In this document: piece by piece, positions 1-8,916 of the stretch
How the letters are laid out: every line of letters starts with the position of its first letter
Numbering within the stretch: the stretch's first letter is position 1
DNA from: an uncultured virus (IMG/VR IMGVR_UViG_3300025012_000008)
Lineage: Duplodnaviria > Heunggongvirae > Uroviricota > Caudoviricetes
Length of the DNA stretch: 20,000 nucleotides
Strand: one strand, 5' to 3'
Virus record (IMG/VR): IMGVR_UViG_3300025012_000008
Notes under the pieces: model-generated
Databases searched by the model: none
Told to the model about the DNA's origin: nothing
What the model saw: only the letters and a program-made list of their open reading frames with translations
Made by a program: the position numbers and the translations under genes

Positions 1-2
1 AA

Positions 3-497
3 ATTGCCAATACGCTTGCCAAAACAGTTGTATCTAACATGAGCGGCACAGGAAGTGCTATAAGTGGATTGGTGGGAATGTTTGGGGGAATGTTTAGTGG
101 TGGAGGCGGGACTTCAACTTCTGGTGTTAACCAAACATGGAGTAATGCCATAGTTGAACATGGGGGAGGTGTTGTTGGTGTAGACAAAACAACGTCCAGG
201 ATTCAATCCACAGCGTCTTTTTCAGGAGTGCCTAGATATCATCAGGGCTTGGCAAACGACGAATTTAGAGCTATTTTGAAAAGAAAGGAAATGGTATTGA
301 CAGAAGGACAGCAGAGTACTCTTTCTTCGATGATTGCTGATAGAAGGCCTGGAATTGGATTTGAAAACAAAACTTCTAATTCAATTAATGTCCCGATTAC
401 CGTAAATAATGCACCTTATTTGTCAAAAGAAATTTCAACAGAATTAAAAAGGAAAATTGAAAAACTTATTGTTGAAACAATGAAGGAGCATTCATAA
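3..497 (+). CDS. Tail tape measure protein, C-terminal part (5' truncated by window)
   Basis: Frame is open from the window edge (IANTLAKTVVSNM...); Gly-rich GLVGMFGGMFSGGG followed by HGGGVVG...PRYHQGL.NDE..AILKRKEMVLT and INVPITVNN, typical TMP C-terminal motifs. Confidence 0.85.
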   Translation: MANTLAKTVVSNMSGTGSAISGLVGMFGGMFSGGGGTSTSGVNQTWSNAIVEHGGGVVGVDKTTSRIQSTASFSGVPRYHQGLANDEFRAILKRKEMVLTEGQQSTLSSMIADRRPGIGFENKTSNSINVPITVNNAPYLSKEISTELKRKIEKLIVETMKEHS

Positions 498-865
498 TGG
501 CTAAAATGGTTATTGGCAGTTATACAATGGAGGACAACCCATCGGAAGTTTCTGATTTGATGACTCCTGTACGTCATACTGCTGCTGTAAAGACATATAC
601 ATCAATTGCTTTCTTTTCATGGGGTAGTTCTATGAAGGGAAAAGAAATTACGCTTAGATGGCTTGGTATGACAACGGAGCAATATGATATCCATGAAGCT
701 CAATTAGTAAATGATGTTTCACTTGCTTTCAATCCTCAAGACGGAAGTTCTCAAACTTTTACAGTGGAAATGAGAAGATTGTCAGGAGGAATGCATATGA
801 CAACAGATGGAACCCATCGGGTGAATGTTGAAATGGATTTACTTTTTATAAGCGAAGGTGCATAA
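497..865 (+). CDS. Putative distal tail (Dit-like) protein
   Basis: 122 aa beta-rich, directly after TMP, AAGGAG RBS, TAATG coupling; call is mostly positional. Confidence 0.55.
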   Translation: MAKMVIGSYTMEDNPSEVSDLMTPVRHTAAVKTYTSIAFFSWGSSMKGKEITLRWLGMTTEQYDIHEAQLVNDVSLAFNPQDGSSQTFTVEMRRLSGGMHMTTDGTHRVNVEMDLLFISEGA

Positions 866-3800
866 ATGGCTCTTTCTTTATCAGCCCCATTATTAGCTGC
901 TCAGACTTCTGAATCCCGAAGGCCAATTATGACCATGTCTTCAGGAAGGTTGAGTTTTGACTTCCCTTTGATCGGTAAATCTTTTGATAATACTGAAGAA
1001 GATAATGAGGATTGTTCTTTTGGTTTATTTTTGAATGATGGGAGGTTAGGAGTATTTTTTACTATCGATGGAGGAGATGGAACTGATTATTTAAGATATG
1101 TTTATACTGATGATGAGGTAACATATTTTAGTGATTATGTAAATGTGGAATCGTCAATTGAATCATCTTATGAATATATTGATGGAATTGTAGATACAGA
1201 TACAGGGAATATATTTCTTGCGGCTCAATATGGTGCAAATTATTTAAGGATGTATCGAATTTCCCCTTATGGGGTGAAATTAGGATCTACGGAAATTGGG
1301 ATAACTGGTTTGTTAGGAGTTTCCGTAGTTGAGACAGAAACAGGTTATATAGCAATTTATATTCGGTTAGATACCGGTTCATATTCTTTTAATTTGATAA
1401 CATCGAGTGATTTCATAACTTGGTCTGCTCCTACTGTTTTATCAATATTTGGGGATATCCCTGGAGATGATGTTTTCGATGATACTTATCCGGTGAAACA
1501 TCCTAAATTGTTTAAACTGGAAGATGATACATATATTTTGTTTTTTTCATATGCTTCAATTTTAATTGGAGATTCTGTTTTATACAATATAGCATATTCG
1601 ACAACAATTGATCTATCGACATTTGAGGACTTTCTTCCTGTAACGACAAATACTGATATTTACAAAGATTATGTTTATCCTGACGTACAACAAAGAAATG
1701 ATGGAAGTTTATTTGTTGTGATAGAAGAGGACAATACTTACTTAACAATGGATAATAGTACATTTGGTTGGTATGGAAATAGTAATTTTCAGCCAACCAA
1801 TATGTATGTTGATGACATAAATGGTAAACTATATGTAACTGCTATTAATTATCAAGCTGGTAGTGGATACCTTCTAAGTGCGTTTGTTCAGATTGACATC
1901 GCTACTTGGACGATTGATAAAATGTATAATGATATAACAACCCCACCAGTGCCTCCATTTTTCTTTTCAGGTTCTCTTGCTGGTCCACCGGATAAATGTT
2001 TAAACGCAACTGAATTATGCTGCTCTTTCATTGAAGGAACTTTAGGAATTTGCGTTGCTGATTTTAGCACTGATACAATTCGAGGATTTTATTTAGATGA
2101 TTATTCTGTTGAATGGGGTTCTTCCGCTGCTCAAAATGTAAATCATGACCTCTATTCCGACGATTACTGGAATAGCTGGGGAACATGGACTATTCGAAAT
2201 TTAGCAATCATAGACAATAAACTATATATTGCGCTTGAGAATGGACATATCTTTGCCTCAAATCAATTTTTAGTTGGATATATAGATTTATCTGACGGTA
2301 CACCTCCATATGATTTTGTGGTTATTGGGGCATATGGGGGTGGAGGTGATCCTGTAAGTTCAAAGTTATATCAAACGAAAGCAAAATTTTATCCCAATGA
2401 TGAAATTATTATTGTAACCAGTGCTTTTTATCCTGTCGGCGGCAGTCTTCCCGTGCAATTCATCACAATGAGTATGGTGGATGGAGCGGTTCTTTCATTT
2501 GAGCAAACCACTTACATTAATTTTCCGTATAAAGGGTTTTCGGAAGCTGTTTATATCGATGGAATAGTTTATGCGATAGCGGTCTACGATTCAACGATTT
2601 ATGACGAAAGAAATAAGTGGGGGCTTTGTGAATTAGATACCGCTGATGGACATACTGAATACCATTATCCTCCATGGGAAACATCTCCTGGAAATACCAT
2701 GTGGGACATGGTTGTAAATGAAGCGACTTATGAAATAATGATTCGGACAACCCATGGAGCCAGTATTTTCAACTATGTTTCGAAGACATGGGCAAGGGTT
2801 GATAATGAATCTTTAAATGAAATGCCCCCAGATACAAACGACAGGGGAATTGCTTATAGCCTTACATATGATGTCTTTTTTTATGGTGGCTCAAATTCCA
2901 TTTACTATGTTCCAAGAAATGGAGTAATTCAGAAAGTAAAATATTCGTTAGGAACATTTGGGGTTTCAACTTGGGAATTTGCTTCACTTGAATTATTGGC
3001 TCTTGGAAATTCAAATCAAAATCCTTGTGTGATCAGAAGATCAGACGGACTTTTATATTTCACCTGGACAAATGTTTCTGGTTCATACGATACTATTTAC
3101 TGGGATAGACAAGAAGCATTTATTTCACTGGATGATTATATTGTCGGGGAAATAATGACCCATTTCAATGTTGAAGGAGATCCAAATAAATTAAAATTTA
3201 CGGTTTCTCATGGACATTTATTTGATCCTCATAATGATAATTCTTTACTCCGCCCATTTGTTGAAAAAGGAAAACAAATACAACTACAATATGGGGAAAG
3301 AATAAATGATATCAATTATTGGGCATATCAGGGAATGTTTACAATAACAACTCAAGAAGTTTCGTATGAAAATGGGGTGTATCCTGTAATGGAAATTACA
3401 GCAGAAGATATTCGGTCATTATGGGCTTTGAATCAAGTTCCTGTTGCAAATATTACCTTGAGATCACCTGAAGATGCATTGATTGATATTATTACAGCTG
3501 AAACCGAGATTGCAGCAGAAGATATTGACATTCCAACCATGGCTTTGAGTTTTGAATTTGATGCACAATGGATTGACGCTTATTTACAGGATATTATTGA
3601 TGACATCTCCCATAGGTTTCAACATTTCTGTATTATTGATATGCAAGGAAATGTTGAATTTCGTCCATTTAATTTTGATTCATCATCGGATAACAATCAT
3701 TATCCTGCACAGATTAGAAGATTTTTAATTGACAGTACATATTCTGATTTGACAAATAGGTATACCGTTACTGGACAATCTCAATATGATTTTCAGACAT

Positions 3801-4567
3801 TATTTGCAGAGGAACGTGTTGGAAGTTTAAACGGTACGGTTGGTTGGTATGGATATAAAAAAGACTTTCAAATATGGTACTCTGAGGATAAATCAAGAAG
3901 ATGCCAATACCCAAGGCTAGAAGTTTTAGAATCAAGTACGTCAATTCTTTTTAAACTTGCCGGGGCAATAGAAGAAGAACTTCTTGACGTAGATCCTGAT
4001 ATGAAATATTGCATTATTGAGGTAAGGGCACCAAATTTAATCCCGTTCTTAATTGCAGGAATTGCTATTTTTTTGGTAGGGATGGTGATTGGAGATAAAA
4101 CAACCATGCCATATACCACTCCATATGGGAGGATAATTGAAGGTTTGGGAACATATATGATTTCAATGACTTTGGGGTCAATCGGAAATTTTCAATACGC
4201 TATTCATGCACAACCTGTTGGATATTTGAAAAGGGAATATATTGTATCAGCAAATGACCTTGAATTACAACAAGAATCTCATCAAATTACAGAACAGAAA
4301 ATAGAAGGATTTATTTGTTATAATACAGATCATTGCCAGGATGTCGCTGATTTCGAATTGGAGATAGCAAGGGCACAAAGATCAAGAGTAAAGGTTGAAA
4401 AAATAACACACCTTCAAGATGAGGCGGGGGATATTATATCAATTATTCATCCATATACCCAAAGAGTTAAAAAGATGTTTATTGCCGATCTAACAAGGCG
4501 ATTTAAGGCATCTGTTGGGAAAGATAACGGATATTTTCTTGATGAAATAGAAGGGTGGATAATATGA
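866..4567 (+). CDS. Large tail tip/baseplate hub protein with beta-propeller domains
   Basis: 1233 aa, acidic, Asp-box-like ITSSDFITWS, propeller-like blades; C-terminal third hub-like (GKQIQLQYGE...QGMFTI...ITAEDIR...IDMQGNVEFRP...HLQDEAGDIISI). Confidence 0.7.
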   Translation: MALSLSAPLLAAQTSESRRPIMTMSSGRLSFDFPLIGKSFDNTEEDNEDCSFGLFLNDGRLGVFFTIDGGDGTDYLRYVYTDDEVTYFSDYVNVESSIESSYEYIDGIVDTDTGNIFLAAQYGANYLRMYRISPYGVKLGSTEIGITGLLGVSVVETETGYIAIYIRLDTGSYSFNLITSSDFITWSAPTVLSIFGDIPGDDVFDDTYPVKHPKLFKLEDDTYILFFSYASILIGDSVLYNIAYSTTIDLSTFEDFLPVTTNTDIYKDYVYPDVQQRNDGSLFVVIEEDNTYLTMDNSTFGWYGNSNFQPTNMYVDDINGKLYVTAINYQAGSGYLLSAFVQIDIATWTIDKMYNDITTPPVPPFFFSGSLAGPPDKCLNATELCCSFIEGTLGICVADFSTDTIRGFYLDDYSVEWGSSAAQNVNHDLYSDDYWNSWGTWTIRNLAIIDNKLYIALENGHIFASNQFLVGYIDLSDGTPPYDFVVIGAYGGGGDPVSSKLYQTKAKFYPNDEIIIVTSAFYPVGGSLPVQFITMSMVDGAVLSFEQTTYINFPYKGFSEAVYIDGIVYAIAVYDSTIYDERNKWGLCELDTADGHTEYHYPPWETSPGNTMWDMVVNEATYEIMIRTTHGASIFNYVSKTWARVDNESLNEMPPDTNDRGIAYSLTYDVFFYGGSNSIYYVPRNGVIQKVKYSLGTFGVSTWEFASLELLALGNSNQNPCVIRRSDGLLYFTWTNVSGSYDTIYWDRQEAFISLDDYIVGEIMTHFNVEGDPNKLKFTVSHGHLFDPHNDNSLLRPFVEKGKQIQLQYGERINDINYWAYQGMFTITTQEVSYENGVYPVMEITAEDIRSLWALNQVPVANITLRSPEDALIDIITAETEIAAEDIDIPTMALSFEFDAQWIDAYLQDIIDDISHRFQHFCIIDMQGNVEFRPFNFDSSSDNNHYPAQIRRFLIDSTYSDLTNRYTVTGQSQYDFQTLFAEERVGSLNGTVGWYGYKKDFQIWYSEDKSRRCQYPRLEVLESSTSILFKLAGAIEEELLDVDPDMKYCIIEVRAPNLIPFLIAGIAIFLVGMVIGDKTTMPYTTPYGRIIEGLGTYMISMTLGSIGNFQYAIHAQPVGYLKREYIVSANDLELQQESHQITEQKIEGFICYNTDHCQDVADFELEIARAQRSRVKVEKITHLQDEAGDIISIIHPYTQRVKKMFIADLTRRFKASVGKDNGYFLDEIEGWII

Positions 4568-5661
4568 CAATTCACTCTCTTAAAAAGAAAATAATTCGAG
4601 TCCAGGCAAAAAGAGCAGCAGCCTTGAGGCAAGAAACTCGTGATGGGGTATTGTGGGATATAGTTTCTGAGCAAAAACTTTGCCGGGTAAAGGTTCTTGG
4701 TTCAAATACTCTAATTGAGTGCAAATATCCTGAGAATTGGCAGCAAACCCCTATGTGGATGAAACCTCGTACATCGGTAAGAATCGCACATAGAGGAGGG
4801 AACAGACATTCTTTTGAGGTTGTTGGAGATGGTTTGTTTATTCCCACCCCAACAATTGATAGTGAAACTGGAATAAGTAATCCTGCTTTGCCCGATATTC
4901 CTCCGGGAGTTGATACGATTCTAACAGGATGTAATGTATATTCTCTTGAAATTCCCGGAATGCAAGTTTGGGTAAAAATGGGAACATATCGAATTGATGG
5001 AACCCATTATACAACAGATTATATGGAAATGGCTGATGATTCTGTTTGTGATATGTCAAGCGGTGTTCCTATGGGACAAACCGTTGGAGTTTATAATATT
5101 TCTGCTGCACATGCAACTTTATGGAGAATGGATAGATTGATTATTGGAACAGATAAAGTTGTTCATGTATTAACCGGGGATAACGCTATTAATTCTCCTG
5201 ATGCCCCTGAAACAACAGCCAATCACGTTTCTTTGAATACTGTTTTAATCCCTCCTGGGTGCACAGAAATTACCCAAGATTTGATCGGAAGAGAATTCCT
5301 TGATCCTTATGCTTCATTAATTGAAGTAAGTTCAATCGACGGAAATCTATATTGGGAAGAAGAGTCGACAGCAATTAATTTGACAGTAAAAGATCAATAT
5401 GGAAATCCGATATTAGGTTCAAGTTTGTATATTGCTTGTTCTATTACAAGTGGAAGTGGAACACTTTCGACAAGTTTAATAAGTGTAAATCCATTAGCTG
5501 GAACAGCATCGTTAACATATACAAGAGAAGAAGGATATGCAGAATCGAGTTCTAATATTGAATCTGGACCTGTATTTTTGAATTTTGTATTGTCAAGTAA
5601 TTCATTAATTTCAATGATTGCTGGAATTGTACTTTATGACGAATTAGGAGAACCAATATGA
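4564..5661 (+). CDS. Tail protein with N-terminal OB-fold-like (spike-type) region and C-terminal Ig-like domain
   Basis: ATG at 4564 overlaps upstream stop (ATGA); DGVLWDIVSEQKLCRVKV resembles spike OB strands; INLTVKDQYGNPI is a Big_1/Ig-type motif. Confidence 0.55.
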   Translation: MTIHSLKKKIIRVQAKRAAALRQETRDGVLWDIVSEQKLCRVKVLGSNTLIECKYPENWQQTPMWMKPRTSVRIAHRGGNRHSFEVVGDGLFIPTPTIDSETGISNPALPDIPPGVDTILTGCNVYSLEIPGMQVWVKMGTYRIDGTHYTTDYMEMADDSVCDMSSGVPMGQTVGVYNISAAHATLWRMDRLIIGTDKVVHVLTGDNAINSPDAPETTANHVSLNTVLIPPGCTEITQDLIGREFLDPYASLIEVSSIDGNLYWEEESTAINLTVKDQYGNPILGSSLYIACSITSGSGTLSTSLISVNPLAGTASLTYTREEGYAESSSNIESGPVFLNFVLSSNSLISMIAGIVLYDELGEPI

Positions 5662-5852
5662 ACGATGAACTTGCAATTGAAATGGTCACTGCTTTAAAAG
5701 GAATTCACGAAGAATTGAAAATACTGAATAGTTATTTTGGAAAAATTAGACCACCTTCGTATCAACAAACAGATCAAGTAAATGAATTAACTGGATTAGT
5801 TACAAATTTATTGAAAGGATTTGTACCTGGAGGAACTGTAAATGGGAAGTAA
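5658..5852 (+). CDS. Small hypothetical protein (64 aa)
   Basis: AGGAG RBS, ATGA overlap, fills the gap between tail genes. Confidence 0.65.
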   Translation: MNDELAIEMVTALKGIHEELKILNSYFGKIRPPSYQQTDQVNELTGLVTNLLKGFVPGGTVNGK

Positions 5853-6633
5853 TTATCATTCAGCATGGATTGTTGGATCAAACTTTAATCCAACAGAAAT
5901 GGAAGGCCGATTAGATGATTTGGATTTGGCTATTACTTATGCAAGAAAACCTATTGTTGCTTGTGATGGAGAATTGTCTTTCGACTCCAGTACAAATACC
6001 TTAACTTGGTCTGATGTTATTCGGATTTGGTTTGTCAGGGAAGATGGACAAAGTATCCTAAATACAATTGCAGCTGGGAATATTGTTATTACTTCAGGGT
6101 ATTTCATTTATGTAACGCTGAACGAAACAAATAATACCGTCTTAACAGTTTCACAAGCAGCAATTACAACTGGAACAGCATCTAATTTCAAAGCAAACAC
6201 TGTTTTAGTCCTCGGAATTCACAATTCAGTTATTGATGAATTTTATTGTACTAATTTGTTCCAGGCTTTAAAAAGTAATGAGACAAATCCTTTTGATGTC
6301 CATCTTTTTTATCCTGGAATTCCTGAACCAGCAACAACAATGCTATACGTTCCTCTTGCGCGTGCTGTTTCTTTTCCAGCAAACTTTTCTGGAAGTTATG
6401 CAACGGCTGAATTTGCAGCAACAGCAGAATTTATTTTAGAAATTGAGAAAAATGAAGTTCAGGTTGGAACAATTACTTTTGCTGATTCTGCATATGTTGG
6501 AACTTTTGCTTCATCCGGGGGGAATCCTGTTTCATTTGTTGCTGGAGATGAAATTGGAATTGTTTCCGAAAGTGTTTCTTCGGCAGATGCTACTTTGGCA
6601 AATATTGGAATTGTTTTAGCAGGAACAAGATAA
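5842..6633 (+). CDS. Tail fibre/adaptor structural protein
   Basis: GGAGG RBS; C-terminal PFDVHLFYPGIP...RAVSFPANFSGS...VGTITFA...SFVAGD...DATLANIGIVLAGTR matches a beta-sandwich I recognise from DUF2793-associated/YuA-like tail proteins. Confidence 0.7.
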   Translation: MGSNYHSAWIVGSNFNPTEMEGRLDDLDLAITYARKPIVACDGELSFDSSTNTLTWSDVIRIWFVREDGQSILNTIAAGNIVITSGYFIYVTLNETNNTVLTVSQAAITTGTASNFKANTVLVLGIHNSVIDEFYCTNLFQALKSNETNPFDVHLFYPGIPEPATTMLYVPLARAVSFPANFSGSYATAEFAATAEFILEIEKNEVQVGTITFADSAYVGTFASSGGNPVSFVAGDEIGIVSESVSSADATLANIGIVLAGTR

Positions 6634-6640
6634 GGAGAAA

Positions 6641-7621
6641 ATGATGGCTGTAGATAATTTTTTCACAGGGTTTGAGGGGTGTGGGCAGACGAGTGATATA
6701 GTGTCAATGTTCGACTCGACTTATCAGGTCACATATTCAGCAACGAATGGGTATGATAATGGAAAGTGCATATATCATAATTATACGTACTTTACTAAAA
6801 ATATAACTGGCAGGAAAACTGTAGTGACAGGATTTCATAAAAGGTCGTTGTCAACAGGTAACGATGGAAGCCTTCAACACATGTTGGTGCGATTCAATGC
6901 TGGCGGGGTCTATCTAAAACTGTACAACATGGCCACAGGGCTAGAACTGTATAGGGATGCGACCCTCATTGCGTCATCGGCTACGGTAATAGGTACAGCC
7001 CTTACTCATATTGAAGTTGAAATATTATCGGACGCAAGCGCAGGAACAATCGAAGTACGACTTAATGGATCGGCGGTAACGTTTGACAATCCGACAGGGT
7101 TGAACACTGGAGGAGCTGATATCACACAAGTCCTCTGGGGTGGGGCTGGTACGCACTATACAGACAATGTGTATATAGCTACTGACTTTCAAGGAGAAAT
7201 GTATTCAGTCCTGTGTAATCCTTCCGCCGATAGCTCAGTCCAATTTACCCCATCGGCAGGTAGTAATTATACTTGCATAGATGAGGATGCACAGAACGGA
7301 GATACTGATTACGTTGAATCTAGTACAGTTGGGCATAAGGATCTGTATGCGTTTGAGGACATAGCTACTAGTGATATTGTTGTAAAATTTGTATCTCTTG
7401 TTACAGTGGCAAAAAAAGATGATGCAGGTGCAAGGACCCTCACTCCAATAGCAGAGCAAGATGCTTCTGAGTATGATCAGACTACAATAGTATTAGCAAC
7501 ATCCTATCCGGCAACGGCTGGCACTGCGTCAGTAAACACATTTGATGTAGCTCCTGATACTCAAGCATGGACTCCTACAATTTTTAACGCAATGACTTGG
7601 GGATTTAAGGTGGCAGTATGA
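6641..7621 (+). CDS. Virion structural protein, lectin/ConA-like, putative receptor binding
   Basis: AAGGAG RBS; FTGFE...HIEVEI...GTIEVRLNG...DNVYI (LamG-like) plus NYTCIDE...DTDYVESSTVGHKDLY...WT...N...GFKV module typical of tail-associated proteins. Confidence 0.65.
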   Translation: MMAVDNFFTGFEGCGQTSDIVSMFDSTYQVTYSATNGYDNGKCIYHNYTYFTKNITGRKTVVTGFHKRSLSTGNDGSLQHMLVRFNAGGVYLKLYNMATGLELYRDATLIASSATVIGTALTHIEVEILSDASAGTIEVRLNGSAVTFDNPTGLNTGGADITQVLWGGAGTHYTDNVYIATDFQGEMYSVLCNPSADSSVQFTPSAGSNYTCIDEDAQNGDTDYVESSTVGHKDLYAFEDIATSDIVVKFVSLVTVAKKDDAGARTLTPIAEQDASEYDQTTIVLATSYPATAGTASVNTFDVAPDTQAWTPTIFNAMTWGFKVAV

Positions 7622-7836
7622 CAGTTGCAAGGGTCACTCAACAGTATATTGAAGTTGGTATAGAACCTACAACTCGTAATGCACGGGTTACTCAGCAATA
7701 TATTGAAGTAGGTATAGAACCTACTACGAGAAATGCTAGGATAACTCAGCAATATATTGAAGTCGGTATGGTAGATATACCTCCTGAACCTCCTGCATTT
7801 ACAGGGGCTCAGCCTGTAGTTTTTATTTGTATGTAA
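7618..7836 (+). CDS. 72-aa repeat mini-protein (ARVTQQYIEVGIEPTTRN x about 2.6), probably tail-associated
   Basis: ATGA overlap, AAGGTGG RBS; repeat units differ almost only at synonymous sites. Confidence 0.75.
   Translation: MTVARVTQQYIEVGIEPTTRNARVTQQYIEVGIEPTTRNARITQQYIEVGMVDIPPEPPAFTGAQPVVFICM
7627..7767 (+). repeat. 54-bp coding tandem repeat (7627-7680, 7681-7734, partial 7735-7767)
   Basis: Recurrent ACTCARCARTATATTGAAGTNGGTAT core at 54-bp period. Confidence 0.95.
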
Positions 7837-7842
7837 AAAGAG

Positions 7843-7871
7843 TTAATTCAAATATCAAATTTGAATATAAT
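7843..7871 (+). promoter_or_regulatory. Putative sigma70-type promoter with overlapping operator-like inverted repeat
   Basis: TTAATT(7843-48)-17 bp-TATAAT(7866-71); ATTCAAAT-N5-ATTTGAAT at 7846-7866; AGGAG RBS then ATG 7888. Confidence 0.5.
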
Positions 7872-7887
7872 AGTAGATAGGAGCAAT

Positions 7888-8244
7888 ATGAAAATTTCGA
7901 GAGAAGAAATCTCCCAAATATATCAAAAGGCAATAAATTGTCCTTTTGTTAAAATTCGTCTTCCAGACAGATCATATATTCTTCCTACTGTTAGAGAAGT
8001 GCGAGATTGGATGGAAGAATTTGCTGTTGAACCATACAAAGAAGAAATAAATGATTGTGACAACAGGGCTGTAAAACTTCTTGCTCACTTTTCTGGAAAA
8101 GGATATGCTTTTGCATGGGCTTCAATTGGACATCATGACATTTGTACTTTCCTTTCAGATCAAAAACAAATTTGGTATGTCGAACCGTCAAATTGTTTGA
8201 TTTATCCACCCGATGTCGATTTGACTTGGATGGTAATGCCATAA
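7888..8244 (+). CDS. MOA (Marasmius agglutinin) C-terminal-like papain-fold cysteine protease
   Basis: D.SY.LP...Y.EE.NDCDN.A...GHH...WYVEP pattern gives a Cys-His-Glu triad; ATG 7888 has an AGGAG RBS (preferred over TTG 7861). Confidence 0.65.
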   Translation: MKISREEISQIYQKAINCPFVKIRLPDRSYILPTVREVRDWMEEFAVEPYKEEINDCDNRAVKLLAHFSGKGYAFAWASIGHHDICTFLSDQKQIWYVEPSNCLIYPPDVDLTWMVMP

Positions 8245-8271
8245 GGCAAAATAACCAGATGGAGGAAACAA

Positions 8272-8916
8272 ATGAACAGTTTTAATTATGTGGATTGGCG
8301 GGCAGGACAGAGAAGGGGTAATCAAATTAAAAAAGAAAAGACGATTGAGAAAGTGATTATCACATTTATTTTGATTGGATTAACAGGATTGGTTTTGTTT
8401 ACTTCCGGATGTGCTGTTCATCAACAAACAAATGAATTGATTGCACAGGCAAATGCAAACAGGCAGGAAGCATACGGAAATTCAATGGTTGCTTGCGGAG
8501 ATAATGCAGCTTGCCAAGTTGGGGTATCAATGATGTTTGCTTCTGGGGCAGGTCAACAGCAATTCTTCCGTGAGGATTCCCCGCTTGATTATGTAAAAGT
8601 GAGTGGTTTTATTCTTGGTCCTATGGTTGATCTTTTCCGGTTGTATAAAACCACGACAAGTGGAGATCATGCAGGATTTGTGATTACCGGCGACAACAAT
8701 CAAATCTCAGGAACGGCCAATAAACTTTCTGCCAATAATCAAAGTACCTTGACTGGCACTTTTGATACCAATTCGAGCATTGAACATCTTGTTTATACTC
8801 AGGATAGTACACAATCAAGTTCTAACGGGAACGGTTCTGTCGAAAATGTTGAAAATCAGCAGGATAGACTTCCCGAAGAAACTCAAACTACAGCTCCAGA
8901 AACAACTGAAGAGTAA
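8272..8916 (+). CDS. Putative lipoprotein/membrane-anchored protein
   Basis: GGAGG RBS; basic n-region, hydrophobic VIITFILIGLTGLVLF, lipobox-like TSG|C47; CGDNAAC pair; S/T/N/Q/E-rich tail. Confidence 0.7.
   Translation: MNSFNYVDWRAGQRRGNQIKKEKTIEKVIITFILIGLTGLVLFTSGCAVHQQTNELIAQANANRQEAYGNSMVACGDNAACQVGVSMMFASGAGQQQFFREDSPLDYVKVSGFILGPMVDLFRLYKTTTSGDHAGFVITGDNNQISGTANKLSANNQSTLTGTFDTNSSIEHLVYTQDSTQSSSNGNGSVENVENQQDRLPEETQTTAPETTEE

Noticed and set aside
7627..7767. 54-bp repeats as a CRISPR array or DGR TR/VR pair
   Set aside because: No unique spacers; differences are synonymous and not adenine-specific; no cas or reverse transcriptase in the window
1512..8242. Minus-strand ORFs within the tail arm (1512, 1888, 2517, 3868, 4447, 4572, 4838, 7235, 7561, 7991)
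   Set aside because: Antisense shadows of well-supported genes; no motifs recognised
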